Source: Macrostomum hystrix (taxonomy: Eukaryota > Animalia > Platyhelminthes). From it: a DNA stretch of 64,000 nt. Below are positions 1 to 12,243 of this stretch, in pieces (the stretch's first letter is position 1; every line of letters starts with the position of its first letter). The notes beneath the pieces are model-generated. The model ran no database searches. It was not told where the DNA came from and saw only the letters and a list, made by a program, of their open reading frames with translations. The position numbers and the translations under genes were made by a program. The stretch covers positions 2,666,001 through 2,730,000 of the forward strand of contig CATNEN010000025.1 in the NCBI GenBank assembly GCA_950097015.1, given 5' to 3'.

Positions 1-1077
1 ATTATATTATTTTCTACGTCAACGATTGTCATACTCGTACGTAAGTTATTTACAAAACACACTATATATCTTAATCGAGTAATCGAGTTTACTTTATTAA
101 ACCTTTGTACCTTCTTGTTAGCAGCTGAATTTGATATTGTAAAACAAGTAGTTACATAGGAATCGTTAATATGTTTGTAAGTTCTTCTGCCATCCATCAT
201 TTTTTGTCTTTCAAGTTCATATCAAACATTTTAAAAAACACTTCGTTAACTTAGTTGTTCTTTGCGACCAATATGCGCATCACTATTTATTCATTTAAAT
301 TCTTGCATGGAAATGTTAAAAATCGAATTTAATTGTACACAATTGTGCTCTACGTGCATGTTAAGAAACTATACTCATTGCTTGATACGCTAGTATTTAC
401 AAATGTCACTGTAAAAATGATTCATATATATATATTTGTTGTCGATTAAAAAGACCACACACATGCAGAAAAAAAATTAGGTAAAGGCATTGTTACGAGT
501 ACATATTTCTATCGAAAATGCGATTTCAAAATACGCCTGTCTATGTAATTGTATCTGCTTTGCTTTTTATCTTTTGATATAATAGAGTTGAAAGACAAGA
601 CTACAGAAAGGGTTTGTATTGCTAATTAACTCATACATAATCTGCAAGTTCAGTATGAAGGAGTTAAACTTTTCCTTCGGAGGAAAAAAGTGCTGGATTA
701 AAATCCATCCACAAATTTGCACCCGTCGGCGAAACTCGCGATTCCTCTTAAAAAAATAATTTGTAGTTGGCTGTGACCACAGATGTATCATCTGTCGACA
801 GTCGAGTGAGTCGACCCTTGCTTGTTTACGCTCGCGCATCTTGTGACCTTAGTTTCTCCTCTCTCCCTTGATCGGTTCAACTTATTATCTAGCCTTCACT
901 TCTCTTTCCTTTCCCTCGTTTCTGATTGGCCAGCTGCTTGTCTCTCTTTCCCCACCCCCTCCTTTTCAGCTCTTACCCTCTGGCCTATCCTTACTCGTGT
1001 TGCCCTTCTGCCCCCTCCTTATCTCTTGGTTAATGTACTTGATTCTCGAGGGCCTGCCGTTTTCGATTCGTTCAGTG

Positions 1078-1121
1078 TCGTCAAGACTGGCTCTTAATGC
1101 GTAGACTCAATTTATTTTAAG
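1078..1121 (+). pseudogene. Degenerate spliced-leader (SL)-like sequence
   Basis: TCGTCAAGACTGGCTCTTAATGCGTAGACTCAATTTATTTTAAG aligns without gaps at 35/44 (core 1091-1116 at 24/26) to the Macrostomum lignano SL as recalled from memory (CCGTAAAGACGGTCTCTTACTGCGAAGACTCAATTTATTGCATG). The terminal ATG, the adjoining GT donor and an Sm site are absent. Confidence 0.6.
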
Positions 1122-1149
1122 AAGTCACTTAGTATCACTACAGTACATA

Positions 1150-1376
1150 CGCACGCACACACACACACATCACGTACAAGTTACGCAGGGCACACTGACA
1201 CAGGTTTGTACTCCTGGTCTGTTTTTTTCATCGTCAGGCGATGTACAGCATGAATGTGTTTTGTTAGGTTAGCCCTCATAGGCGTATAGGTGTAAGCCCA
1301 CCCAGCCTTCTCTCCTAGGCTGCGCTCGAAATTAATGGGGCCTCACCGCGGATTCGAGCTCATGATTGTTCTCGCG
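1150..1376 (-). mobile_element. tRNA-derived SINE family A, diverged copy
   Basis: Reverse complement matches copies at 10053 and 50971 (GAGCTCGAATCCGCGGTGAGGCC B-box region, CCTGACGATGA motif, CCTGCGTAAC, GT-rich segment). Confidence 0.6.
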
Positions 1377-2241
1377 ATTCTTCTTTCCTCATAGGATAAA
1401 TCTGTGCGACGTAAGTTTCCTTTCAGGAATGGCTGCAGTCAGGTCGCCACGTTCCAATGATATCGTTGTGGATCGTGAGAAAATTTGCACTTCATTCGCG
1501 TCACCAGACCCACCGGAAAACTTTCTTCCCCTCACTCTTAAAGTCTTAAACATTTTCTGCGTCTTCAGCACATCAGGATGCTGCGACCTTCTAAAGAGGA
1601 TGTGGATATCGAGGACGAACGCTGAAATGCCACGGAGATGGGAAGACAGGGAAATGGAAGCCGCCAACTACCTGGTTTTGTTTTTCTTTCCGACCAGGAA
1701 AGGTGCTTTTTCTGCTTTCGTTCGGCTTCAGAATTTTTTCAAAAGGAATTTGAAACAAATCCAACTTTCTGGGAAATCTGGTAAAATTTCGAGGCCACTC
1801 GAGCTAAAAGTGTGTCCCATATTTCAAAAATACGCTGTTTCAAAATATGCTTGTGCGATTAATTAAATCTGCTCTACTTTTAAGCAATAGATGAACCATA
1901 GTTTAAGGACAAAGCGTCAGAAAATGTTTGGATTACTGATACGTACTCTAAAAGTTCAGCATGACTGAGCGAACTCCTTCGGAGGAGATATAGGCTCGGG
2001 AAAAATCCAATCGCTTAATCTCCGTCCATCAATAAAACTAAAACTATGCAGACAGATCGACAGAAAATTTTATTCAGAAGAATTATAATTCAGTCTTACA
2101 CGACTTCCGTCTTATGACAAGACTCAGGAGTCGTCTCATGATCCACCAAATCATTGAACAAATCAGCTAAAAATACAAACTGTCAGTTTACATAAGCCCT
2201 CATTTAAGTGGGTGAGTGTGTGTGGGTGTGGGTGAGTCTGG

Positions 2242-2520
2242 GTGAGTGGCAGAGCCGTTAAAGTGTTTGCCTCTCGCACCAAGGTCCCTGAGCTCGATTC
2301 TGTGGCGAGGCCAGCAGATTATATCAGCTTGGGGGCTTGTTGTGCAATTTACGCCCTTGAAGGCCCCCTCCAAGGCCCTGTTTCTCAGGTCCTGAGAAAT
2401 TCAGGGCAGATGTACACACCTGTGTGAGCGAGTACCTGCGTACAGTATCTGTGAGCGTGTGTGCTCAGGAGTCAGCGAAATCGGCAGAATTGCCTCCTCG
2501 CTGGCTAGTGTCTAGTGTCA
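2242..2520 (+). mobile_element. tRNA-derived SINE family A, internally deleted copy
   Basis: A-box-like GTGGCAGAGCCG, B-box-like GAGCTCGATTC, and a body shared with the 32013 and 50971 copies (GTGCAATTTACGCCCTTGA, GGGCAGATGTACACACCTGTGTGAG). Confidence 0.75.
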
Positions 2521-3104
2521 TCCCTTTATATGCCTTTGCTTGCGACCCTCATGAAAATATTACTTTAATTATTTTTATTATTAAGCACTCATGTGCGCCA
2601 CAGTTGCTAGAGTTGCTGAGGTTTCCGAATCAGAATTTTAGCCAGACCGGAGACAAGAAGCCATATTGTTATATAGTTCAGTAGCTAATACTGAAAAGTC
2701 GTGTGTAATCTGGTGTACGCTTTTACTTTGCTAAATAAGTGCCTGATTAATCCACCTTTAAAAGTCTGCAAAGTATTTGCTAAGCCTTAACTGCACGCCT
2801 CCAAGCTTATATATGCTTACTTTCTCTTTCACTCCACATGAACCAGTTAATCTGCATTGTATTCTAAAATTAGTAAAGCAGCTTCTTGGTTACTAGCTCT
2901 ACTTACAAACAAAGAAATCAAACAGTATTTTTATAGTGCGAGCATTTGGAATGCTCATGCAACTCATCGGTTGCTAGGTCTAGTGGTCCTTTAGCTCATC
3001 ACTTCATCAGTGGTCTTTAGATGAGTGGTCCTTCATCTAAATAGTTGATTTTCTATAGTGATCATTCATTAATCAATTGCATGTTCTTGAATGCTTAGTT
3101 TGCA

Positions 3105-4298
3105 AGTTCTAGTGGTCCTTCATCTATCAGATGCTAGTTCTAGTGGCCCTTCATCTATCAGATGCTAGTTATAGTGGTCCTTCATCTATCAGATGCTAGT
3201 TCTAGTAGCCCTTCATCTACCAGATGCTAGTTCTAGTGGTCCTTCATCTATCAGATGCTAGTTCTAGTGGCCCTTCATCTATCAGATGCTAGTTCTAGTG
3301 GTCCTTCATCTATCAGATGCTAGTTCTAGTGGTCCTTCATCTATCAGATGCTAGTTCTAGTGGCCCTTCATCTATCAGATGCTAGTTCTAGTGGTCCTTC
3401 ATCTATCAGATGCTAGTTCTAGTGGCCCTTTATCTATCAGATGCTAGTTCTAGTGGTCCTTCATCTATCAGATGCTAGTTCTAGTAGCCCTTCATCTATC
3501 AGATGCTAGTTCTAGTGGTACATCATCTACCAGATGCTAGTTCTAGTGGTACTTCATCTACCAGATGCTAGTTCTAGTGGTCCTTCATCTACCAGATGCT
3601 AGTTCTAGTGGCCCTTCATCTATCAGATGCTAGTTCTAGTGGCCCTTCATCTATCAGATGCTAGTTCTAGTGGCCCTTCATCTATCAGATGCTAGTTCTA
3701 GTAGCCCTTCATCTACCAGATGCTAGTTCTAGTGGCCCTTCATCTATCAGATGCTAGTTCTAGTAGCCCTTCATCTACCAGATGCTAGTTCTAGTGGCCC
3801 TTCATCTATCAGATGCTAGTTATAGTGGCCCTTCATCTTTCAGATGCTAGTTCTAGTGGCCCTTCATCTATCAGATGCTAGTTCTAGTAGCCCTTCATCT
3901 ACCAGATGCTAGTTCTAGTGGTCCTTCATCTACCAGATGCTAGTTCTAGTGGCCCTTCATCTACCAGATGCTAGTTCTAGTCGTCCATCATCTATCAGAT
4001 GCTAGTTCTAGTGGTCCTTCATCTATCAGATGCTAGTTCTAGTGGTCCTTCATCTATCAGATGCTAGTTCTAGTGGCCCTTTATCTATTAGATGCTAGTT
4101 CTAGTAGCCCTTCATCTATCAGATGCTAGTTCTAGTGGTACTTCATCTACCAGATGCTAGTTCTAGTGGTCCTTCATCTACCAGATGCTAGTTCTAGTGG
4201 CCCTTCATCTATCAGATGCTAGTTCTAGTGGCCCTTCATCTATCAGATGCTAGTTCTAGTGGCCCTTCATCTACCAGATGCTAGTTCTAGTAGCCCTT
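3105..4298. repeat. 31-bp minisatellite, about 38 copies
   Basis: Unit TTCTAGTGGTCCTTCATCTATCAGATGCTAG; degenerate precursor-like units at about 2975-3060. Confidence 0.97.
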
Positions 4299-4749
4299 GA
4301 GCATCAGGAGTGTATTTCACTTGCCTAATACAATGCAGCATATGCAATTAATTTGCGCCACATGTACAAGTTTGTTCCTCACTCCCTCACCAGCAAACTA
4401 ATCGTGGCAAAAAATTCCTCTGTGCACAAAATGCATAGCAGTTTGCGTATGAGTCATATTGTTAAATAAATGGGACTGTACTTACAAGTAGCTGCTCCGC
4501 ACACAATGAGAAGGTGCTAGAGCTTGCTGCTAAATAGAAAACCGATTATAAAGAGTCCTTGTGTGCGGAGTGTGAAATAAATGAAATGAAGACAGAGAAA
4601 AGGACAGAAATAAGTAAGAGAGGGGTAAACACTAAGTTTTAGACTCAGATCAACTCCATAAAACTTGAATTCCAACCGAGTTTCGAATTAATCAATACTC
4701 GCTAGAGTATTAACGAATATTAACGAACTCGCAGAGGGATTAACGAATA

Positions 4750-5732
4750 AATAGTCACTGGGATCAGAAGGACAAACGATTCAGACAATAGTCACTGGGA
4801 TCAGAGGGACAAACGATTCAGTCAATAGTCACTGGGATCAGAAGGACAAACGATTCAGTCAATAGTCACTGGGATCAGAGGGACAAACGATTCAGTCAAT
4901 AGTCACTGGGATCAGAGGGACAAACGATTCAGTCAATAGTCACTGGGATCAGAGGGACAAACGATTCAGTCAATAGTCACTGGGATCAGAGGGACAAACG
5001 ATTCAGTCAATAGTCACTGGGATCAGAAGGACAAACGATTCAGTCAATAGTCACTGGGATCAGAGGGACAAACGATTCAGACAATAGTCACTGGGATCAG
5101 AGGGACAAACGATTCAGTCAATAGTCACTGGGATCAGAGGGACAAACGATTCAGTCAATAGTCACTGGGATCAGAGGGACAAACGATTCAGTCAATAGTC
5201 ACTGGGATCAGAGGGACAAACGATTCAGTCAATAGTCACTGGGATCAGAAGGACAAACGATTCAGTCAATAGTCACTGGGATCAGAGGGACAAACGATTC
5301 AGTCAATATTCACTGGGATCAGAGGGACAAACGATTCAGACAATAGTCACTGGGATCAGAGGGACAAACGATTCAGTCAATAGTCACTGGGATCAGAAGG
5401 ACAAACGATTCAGTCAATAGTCACTGGGATCAGAGGGACAAACGATTCAGTCAATAGTCACTGGGATCAGAGGGACAAACGATTCAGTCAATAGTCACTG
5501 GGATCAGAAGGACAAACGATTCAGTCAATAGTCACTGGGATCAGAAGGACAAACGATTCAGTCAATAGTCACTGGGATCAGAGGGACAAACGATTCAGTC
5601 AATAGTCACTGGGATCAGAGGGACAAACGATTCAGTCAATAGTCACTGGGATCAGAGGGACAAACGATTCAGTCAATAGTCACTGGGATCAGAGGGACAA
5701 ACGATTCAGTCAATAGTCACTGGGATCAGAGG
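4750..5732. repeat. 37-bp minisatellite, about 26 copies
   Basis: Unit AATAGTCACTGGGATCAGAGGGACAAACGATTCAGTC, nearly invariant. Confidence 0.97.
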
Positions 5733-6160
5733 AATTAACGAAAAAGTCCCTGGGTTGGCAGCGGAATATTCAATCAACATTGAGTCAGTCCGCTATTGAT
5801 GTCAACGTTTTCATCGGTCAGTAATGCAGTTTCAGATTATTTCAATTTCTTGCATCTCATTGAAATCTCATTGAAATCGCTGCGCAGAAGATGCAAGATC
5901 CCAACTGCTAATTTCTCCGCCCTCTGCATTCTCGCTTGCAACACTGCGCAAAACAGATTTTCTAAGAATTCGGCCTTCTGTCCTCTCAGACACTCGCACA
6001 TGCGAAGTGAAAAGTGTAAGCCTACCGAGTTGTTTTTGAGATTGGAAAAAGCTCGGAAAATTTGATTGTCGAATTTTGCATCTGAGGAATTGTTAGTTTG
6101 CGCTAAAAATATAAGCTAAAGCTTAAGCTTAATGAACGCTGACATTCATTTCTTCCTATC

Positions 6161-6278
6161 CACTCTCTCCTTCCTCTCTCCTTCCTCTCTCCTTCCTCTC
6201 TCTCCTTCCTCTCTCCTTCCTCTCTCTCCTTTCTCTCTCCTTCCTCTCTCCTTCCTCTCTCCTTCCTCTTTCTCCTTT
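6161..6278. repeat. Pyrimidine-only microsatellite (TCTCTCCTTCC)n
   Basis: 11-13 bp C/T units read directly. Confidence 0.9.
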
Positions 6279-6914
6279 CTTATTTTCGAGTATATTTCAA
6301 ACTGATTTTGAAAACGTTTAAAAACTATATAACGTATCTGAGATTAATAGTAAAGTAGCTCAATATGAGTTGCAGACAATTGCCCTCTGTTACATTGGTA
6401 ATCAACGTCCGCCTTCAATGAATAGCTTAAATAATTCAAAACTGCTTCAATCAAACTAGAGAGAACTGAAATTTAGTTTGAATTCCATCAACTACCCTAT
6501 ATTTAAGTCCTTTAGTTTTCACACCTACGTGACGGTAGTATAAATGGATAATATAGCATGAGAAACTACCAAATATTAGCTGTTAGTTTTTCAATTAAAT
6601 AAACACTCCTTAGGGCTAATAGGGAATTAAATATATAGCCTATACAAATCCTCAAAGCTTTAATGGTGTTTCAACAATGACTGCACAAGCTTGCGTGTTG
6701 GGGCCATGCTGCAGCTTCCTGCAACTCACCTCAGTCATCAGATCCGCATAGCTGCGTGTCTAATCTGTTCATTGTCCGCGGGCCAGGTCCACGAGCTGCT
6801 GGGAGCTGTCAATCAAGCCTGGGATCGACTCATTGTGGGTGAATGCCTCTGAGTGGGATTATTTGGATTTTTGTGGGGGAAACTATTATTTTTTAGATAT
6901 CGGGAAAAGAACAG

Positions 6915-7735
6915 CACAGATGGGATTCGGGATAACCTTAGAATCGATGGGATTTGGGATTATCTAAAACCTACTGGGATTGAGGATAACCTAAGAACTA
7001 CAGGCATATGGGATTATCTCAGAACTACTGGGATATGGGATCATCTCAGAACTACTGGCATCTGGGATTATCTCAGAACTACAGTCATATGGGATTATCT
7101 CAGAACTACTGGGATATGGAATCATCTCAGAACTACAGGGATATGGGATTATCTCAGAACTACAGGCATATGGGATCATCTCAGAACTACAGGGATATGG
7201 GATCATCTCAGAACTACAGGGATATGGGATCATCTCAGAACTACAGGGATATGGGATCATCTCAGAACTACAGGGATATGGGATCATCTCAGAACTACTG
7301 GGATATGGAATCATCTCAGAACTACAGGGATATGGGATTATCTCAGAACTACAGGCATATGGGATCATCTCAGAACTACAGGGATATGGGATCATCTCAG
7401 AACTACAGGGATATGGGATCATCTCAGAACTACAGGGATATGGGATTATCTCAGAACTACAGGCATATGGGATCATCTCAGAACTACAGGGATATGGGAT
7501 CATCTCAGAACTACAGGGATATGGGATCATCTCAGAACTACTGGGATATGGGATCATCTCAGAACTACAGGGATATGGGATCATCTCAGAACTACAGGGA
7601 TATGGGATCATCTCAGAACTACTGGGATATGGGATCATCTCAGAACTACAGGGATATGGGATCATCTCAGAACTACAGGGATATGGGATTATCTCAGAAC
7701 TACAGGGATATGGGATCATCTCAGAACTACAGTGA
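6915..7735. repeat. 27-bp minisatellite, about 28 copies plus degenerate lead-in
   Basis: Unit CTCAGAACTACAGGGATATGGGATCAT; explains ORFs 6853-7752, 6991-7719 and 7008-7793. Confidence 0.96.
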
Positions 7736-8042
7736 TATATCAGATGAGTTAATTTTCGATCAGACGAGATCCCAAATCCTAGTTATGGTATAATGAAAAG
7801 CATGAATAGGTTAGACATCGTTCTGAATGAGCATATTCATCTATCCAGGTATCTGTTAAAATGACTGCTTAAATTCATGTCAATGCACATTCATGATTTC
7901 TTAATTGCAGATGACAATTAAAATATAGTACAATTGGAAAAAAAGGGAAATATTAAGATATGAAGAACTTTAAACCCAGAACTGTTTTGGTCTTACACAG
8001 CACACTAATGAAACAATTAGTATGGAGTATGCATTGTCTCAC

Positions 8043-8660
8043 TGTCAGGGTTGTCAGGATTGTCAGGGTTGTCAGGGTTGTCAGGGTTTTCATGGTTGTC
8101 AGGATCGTCAGCGTTGTCAGGGTTGTCAGGGTTGTCAAGGTTGTCAAGGTTGTCAAGGTTGTCAGGGTTGACAGGGTTGTCAAGGTTGTCAATGTTGTCA
8201 GGGTTGTCAGGGTTGTCAGGGTTGTCAGGGTTGTCAGGGTTGACAGGGTTGTCAGGGTTGTCAGAGTTGTCAGGGTTGTCAGGGTTGTCAGGGTTGACAG
8301 GGTTGTCAGAGTTGTCAGGGTTGTCAGGGTTGTCAGGGTTGACAGGGTTGTCAGGGTTGACAGGGTTGTCAGGGTTGTCAGGGTTGTCAGAGTTGTCAGG
8401 GTTGTCAGAGTTGTCAGGGTTGTCAGGGTTGTCAAGGTTGTCAAGGTTGTCAGGGTTGACAGGGTTGTCAGGGTTGTCAGGGTTGTCAAGCTTGTCAGGA
8501 CTTTCAAGGACGTCAGGAATGTCAAGGTTGTCAGGATTTTCAGGAACGTCAGCGGTTGTCATGGTTGTCAGGATTTTTAGGGATGTCAGCGGTTGTCAGG
8601 ATTGTCAGAATTTCCAGGATTGTCGAAGTGTCAGGCATATCAGGGATGTCATGGCTGTCA
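8043..8660. repeat. 9-bp minisatellite (GTTGTCAGG)n, array 1
   Basis: Direct reading; homogeneous core decaying at the 3' end. Confidence 0.96.
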
Positions 8661-8774
8661 GATGTCAGGTTAACTAGTTTGATTGAATTGACAGCCTTCA
8701 AATATTTTTATAAATATTCAGAGAATCAAGTTCTAGGAAAGTTGCATTTCTCTTTCTTCAGCTAAGACTATGAG

Positions 8775-8927
8775 ACTCGACACAGCGCACATGAGTCATC
8801 TTGCAGTGAGGTTTCGTGTGCGTAGCCTGTGGCATGGTGACAATAGTATTTCTCAGCGCCACCGAGTGTCCAACAATAAATTTGCTGAGTCATTTTTTTC
8901 GGAGTTGTTTCTTAGTGCGTGTCGAGT
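8775..8927. mobile_element. Possible small MITE-like inverted-repeat element
   Basis: ACTCGACACAGCGCAC (8775-8790) is an imperfect inverted repeat of GTGCGTGTCGAGT (8915-8927); no target-site duplication identified. Confidence 0.25.
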
Positions 8928-9179
8928 TAAGCTCAGCACTGCAGTCGACAGTCTAATTTCGGATATCAATACAGCCTTTGCTTAGAAAAATTTATTTTAG
9001 GAAAAACAATTTACCTACTTAAAATTATTAGATTCTTTGAATGTAATAGTATGTATATTTAAAAGTGTAGAATCAAAGAACTTATTTCATTCTAAGAATG
9101 TAATGCAATTTCTTAGAATTCCGTACTATCGTGGCAAAAAAACTTTCTTCGAAAAACGTTTCTTTCTTTCCGAGTTTCT

Positions 9180-9610
9180 CAGGGTTGTCAGGGATGTCAA
9201 GGTTGTCAGCGTTGTCAGGGTTGTCAGGGTTGTCAGGGTTGTCAGGGTTGTCAGGGTTGTCAGGGTTGTCAGGGTTGTCAGGGTTGTCAGGGTTGTCAGT
9301 GTTGTCAGGGTTGTCCGGGTTGTCAGGGTTGTCAGGGTTGTCAGTGTTGTCAGGGTTGTCCGGGTTGTCAGGGTTGTCCGGGTTGTCAGGGTTGTCAGGG
9401 TTGTCAGGGTTGTCAGGGTTGTCAGTGTTGTCAGGGTTGTCAGGGTTGTCAGTGTTGTCAGGGTTGTCAGGGTTGTCAGGGTTGTCATGGTTGTCAGAGT
9501 TGTCAGGGTTGTCAGGGTTGTCAGAGTTGTCATGGTTATCAAAGGTTATCAAAGGTTGTCATGGTTGTCAAAGGTTTCATGGTTGTCAAAGGTTTCATGG
9601 ATGTCAAAGC
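9180..9610. repeat. 9-bp minisatellite (GTTGTCAGG)n, array 2
   Basis: Same unit and orientation as 8043-8660. Confidence 0.96.
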
Positions 9611-10052
9611 CTTTCAGATGGCAACAGAAAGCTTTGTACAAAAGCTTATTTGAAAGCGAGTCAATTATTGGCTCTGTTGCCAATTGATTTTTGTCTTTAA
9701 AATGTCATAAATTCTTAGAAAGGATGTACTTTGTTAGGAAGATCATCGTCGCCCTCGGCGCTCGCACAAAATGAAAGTGAGAAATTATCTACTGGTTTTC
9801 ATTATTTTTACAGAAAAGCAAGTTTCTGTCTGTTTTCTTACTTTTTGTGCATTTAAAATGCTTTGCAAAATATAGTAGGTCATAAATTCTTAGAACTAAC
9901 AATACCCAGGGGTTGAGGCGCAGGACAGGTAGGTCAGGTTGATGAGTGCTGTTAAGAAAAAAATGTTTTTTTTCGCCAGCAACCACAGGGAGTGCAAAGC
10001 GGTCTAAGCGGTTTGTAATTAAAAGTACAAGATAATTTATGCATTGATCAAG

Positions 10053-10254
10053 TACTGTACGCAGGCACACGCTCACACAGGTGTGTACATCTGCCCAGAC
10101 TTTCTCATCGTCAGGCAGTGTACACTCTCACTGTGCCTTGGAGGTTGGCCCTCAAGGGCGTAAATTGCACGACATGCTCCCAAGTCTTCTCTCCGTAAAT
10201 GCGCCCCAAATGAATGCGGCCTCGCCGCGAAATCGAGCTCTGGACCTGTGCTGC
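10053..10254 (-). mobile_element. tRNA-derived SINE family A, truncated copy
   Basis: Reverse complement is highly similar to part of the 50971-51320 copy, including the B-box region and the GTGTACACTGCCTGACGATGAGAAAGTC hairpin. Confidence 0.8.
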
Positions 10255-10844
10255 AAAAAAAATAAAATAAAATATGCTAGACTAACTAACTGTACACGCA
10301 GTCAATTCATAAACATTTTTTTCGCATGAGTCAACCGCCTCAGTGCGTTACGCAACCGAGGAGACAATAGAATATGTGAAGATATTTCCTAGGCGAAATT
10401 GCAGACACTCAACGAACCTCCCGTAGAGCGGGTATATGGCCTAGGCCTCACACGAAGCTGTGGGAATAGAGGATTATGTGAGCTAATAATAACATGAAAT
10501 TGCACGAACTGCGCTGTTGAATTAGGATTAACCTGCCTGGCTTTATTCTTCACGCAAAAATATTTTAAGCCTAATACATTCAGCATGCACTGGATATATA
10601 AGACAAAGTTTTCAGAAACAATAGACTCACAGCTAGATCCTACTCTGCAAAGAGCTGCCAAACCAGATCTCACTCCACTTACTGGTGAGTGCGGTAACAG
10701 TTTTTTCGGTAGGCTAAATTAATGAGTAATGACTGAGCACACTCAGTATAAAATTAGGTGACTCAGTTGCGAAACAGACCGTGTTTAAACGAGGCGAGAA
10801 AAGGTTAAGACACGGGTGTGACAAGGTTGAGACAGTCGTGAGAA

Positions 10845-12243
10845 AGATGAGACAGTAGTGAGAAGGATGAGACAGTAGTGAGAAGGATGAGATAGGTATG
10901 AGAAGGATGAGATAGGTATGAGAAGTATGAGACAGGTATGAGAAGGATGAGATGGGTATGAGAAGGATGAGATGGGTATGAGAAGGATGCAGCAGGTATG
11001 AGAAGGATGAGATGGGTATGAGAAGGATGAGATAGGTATGAGAAGGATGAGATAGGTATGAGAAGGATGAGACAGGTATGAGAAGGATGCGGCAGGTATG
11101 AGAAGGATGAGACAGGTATGAGAAGGGTGAGACAGGTATGAGAAGGATGAGACGGGTATGAGAAGGATGAGACAGGTATGAGAAGGATGAGACAGGTATG
11201 AGAAGGATGAGACGGGTATGAGAAGGATGAGACAGGTATGAGAAGGATGAGACAGGTATGAGAAGGATGAGATGGGTATGAGAAGGATGAGATAGATATG
11301 AGAAGGATGAGACAGGTATGAGAAGGGTGAGACAGGTATGAGAAGGGTGAGATAGATATGAGGAGGATGAGATAGATATGAGAAGGATGAGATAGGTATG
11401 AGAAGGATGAGACAGGTATGAGAAGGATGAGATAGATATGAGAAGGATGAGATGGGTATGAGAAGGGTGAGACAGGTATGAGAAGGATGAGACGGGTATG
11501 AGAAGGATGAGATGGGTATGAGAAGGATGAGATGGGTATGAGAAGGATGCGGCAGGTATGAGAAGGATGAGATGGGTATGAGAAGGATGAGATAGGTATG
11601 AGAAGGATGAGATAGGTATGAGAAGGATGAGACAGGTATGAGAAGGATGCGGCAGGTATGAGAAGGATGAGACAGGTATGAGAAGGGTGAGACAGGTATG
11701 AGAAGGATGAGACGGGTATGAGAAGGATGAGACGGGTATGAGAAGGATGAGACAGGTATGAGAAGGATGAGACGGGTATGAGAAGGATGAGACAGGTATG
11801 AGAAGGATGAGACAGGTATGAGAAGGATGAGATGGGTATGAGAAGGATGAGATAGATATGAGGAGGATGAGATAGATATGAGAAGGATGAGATAGGTATG
11901 AGAAGGATGAGACAGGTATGAGAAGGATGAGATAGATATGAGAAGGATGAGATGGGTATGAGAAGGGTGAGATGGATATGAGAAGGATGAGATAGGTATG
12001 AGAAGGATGAGATAGATATGAGAAGGTTGAGATAGATATGAGAAGGATGAGACAGGTATGAGAAGGATGAGATAGATATGAGAAGGATGAGATGGGTATG
12101 AGAAGGGTGAGATGGATATGAGAAGGATGAGATAGGTATGAGAAGGATGAGATGGGTATGAGAAGGATGAGATAGGTATGAGAAGGATGAGATGGGTATG
12201 AGAAGGATGAGACGGGTATGAGAAGGATGAGACAGGTATGAAA
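10845..12243. repeat. 20-bp purine-rich minisatellite, about 70 copies
   Basis: Unit AGAAGGATGAGACAGGTATG with interspersed variants (GATAG, GATGG, GACGG, GGCAG); explains ORF 10714-12297. Confidence 0.97.

Noticed and set aside
1078-1230. Functional SL RNA gene
   Set aside because: It lacks the terminal ATG|GT junction and a downstream Sm-binding site; kept only as a relic.
1366-1866. 166-aa ORF loosely resembling an RTE-type LINE C-terminus
   Set aside because: The similarity (LLKRMWISRTNAEMPRR) is marginal, and no RT or endonuclease motif is present.
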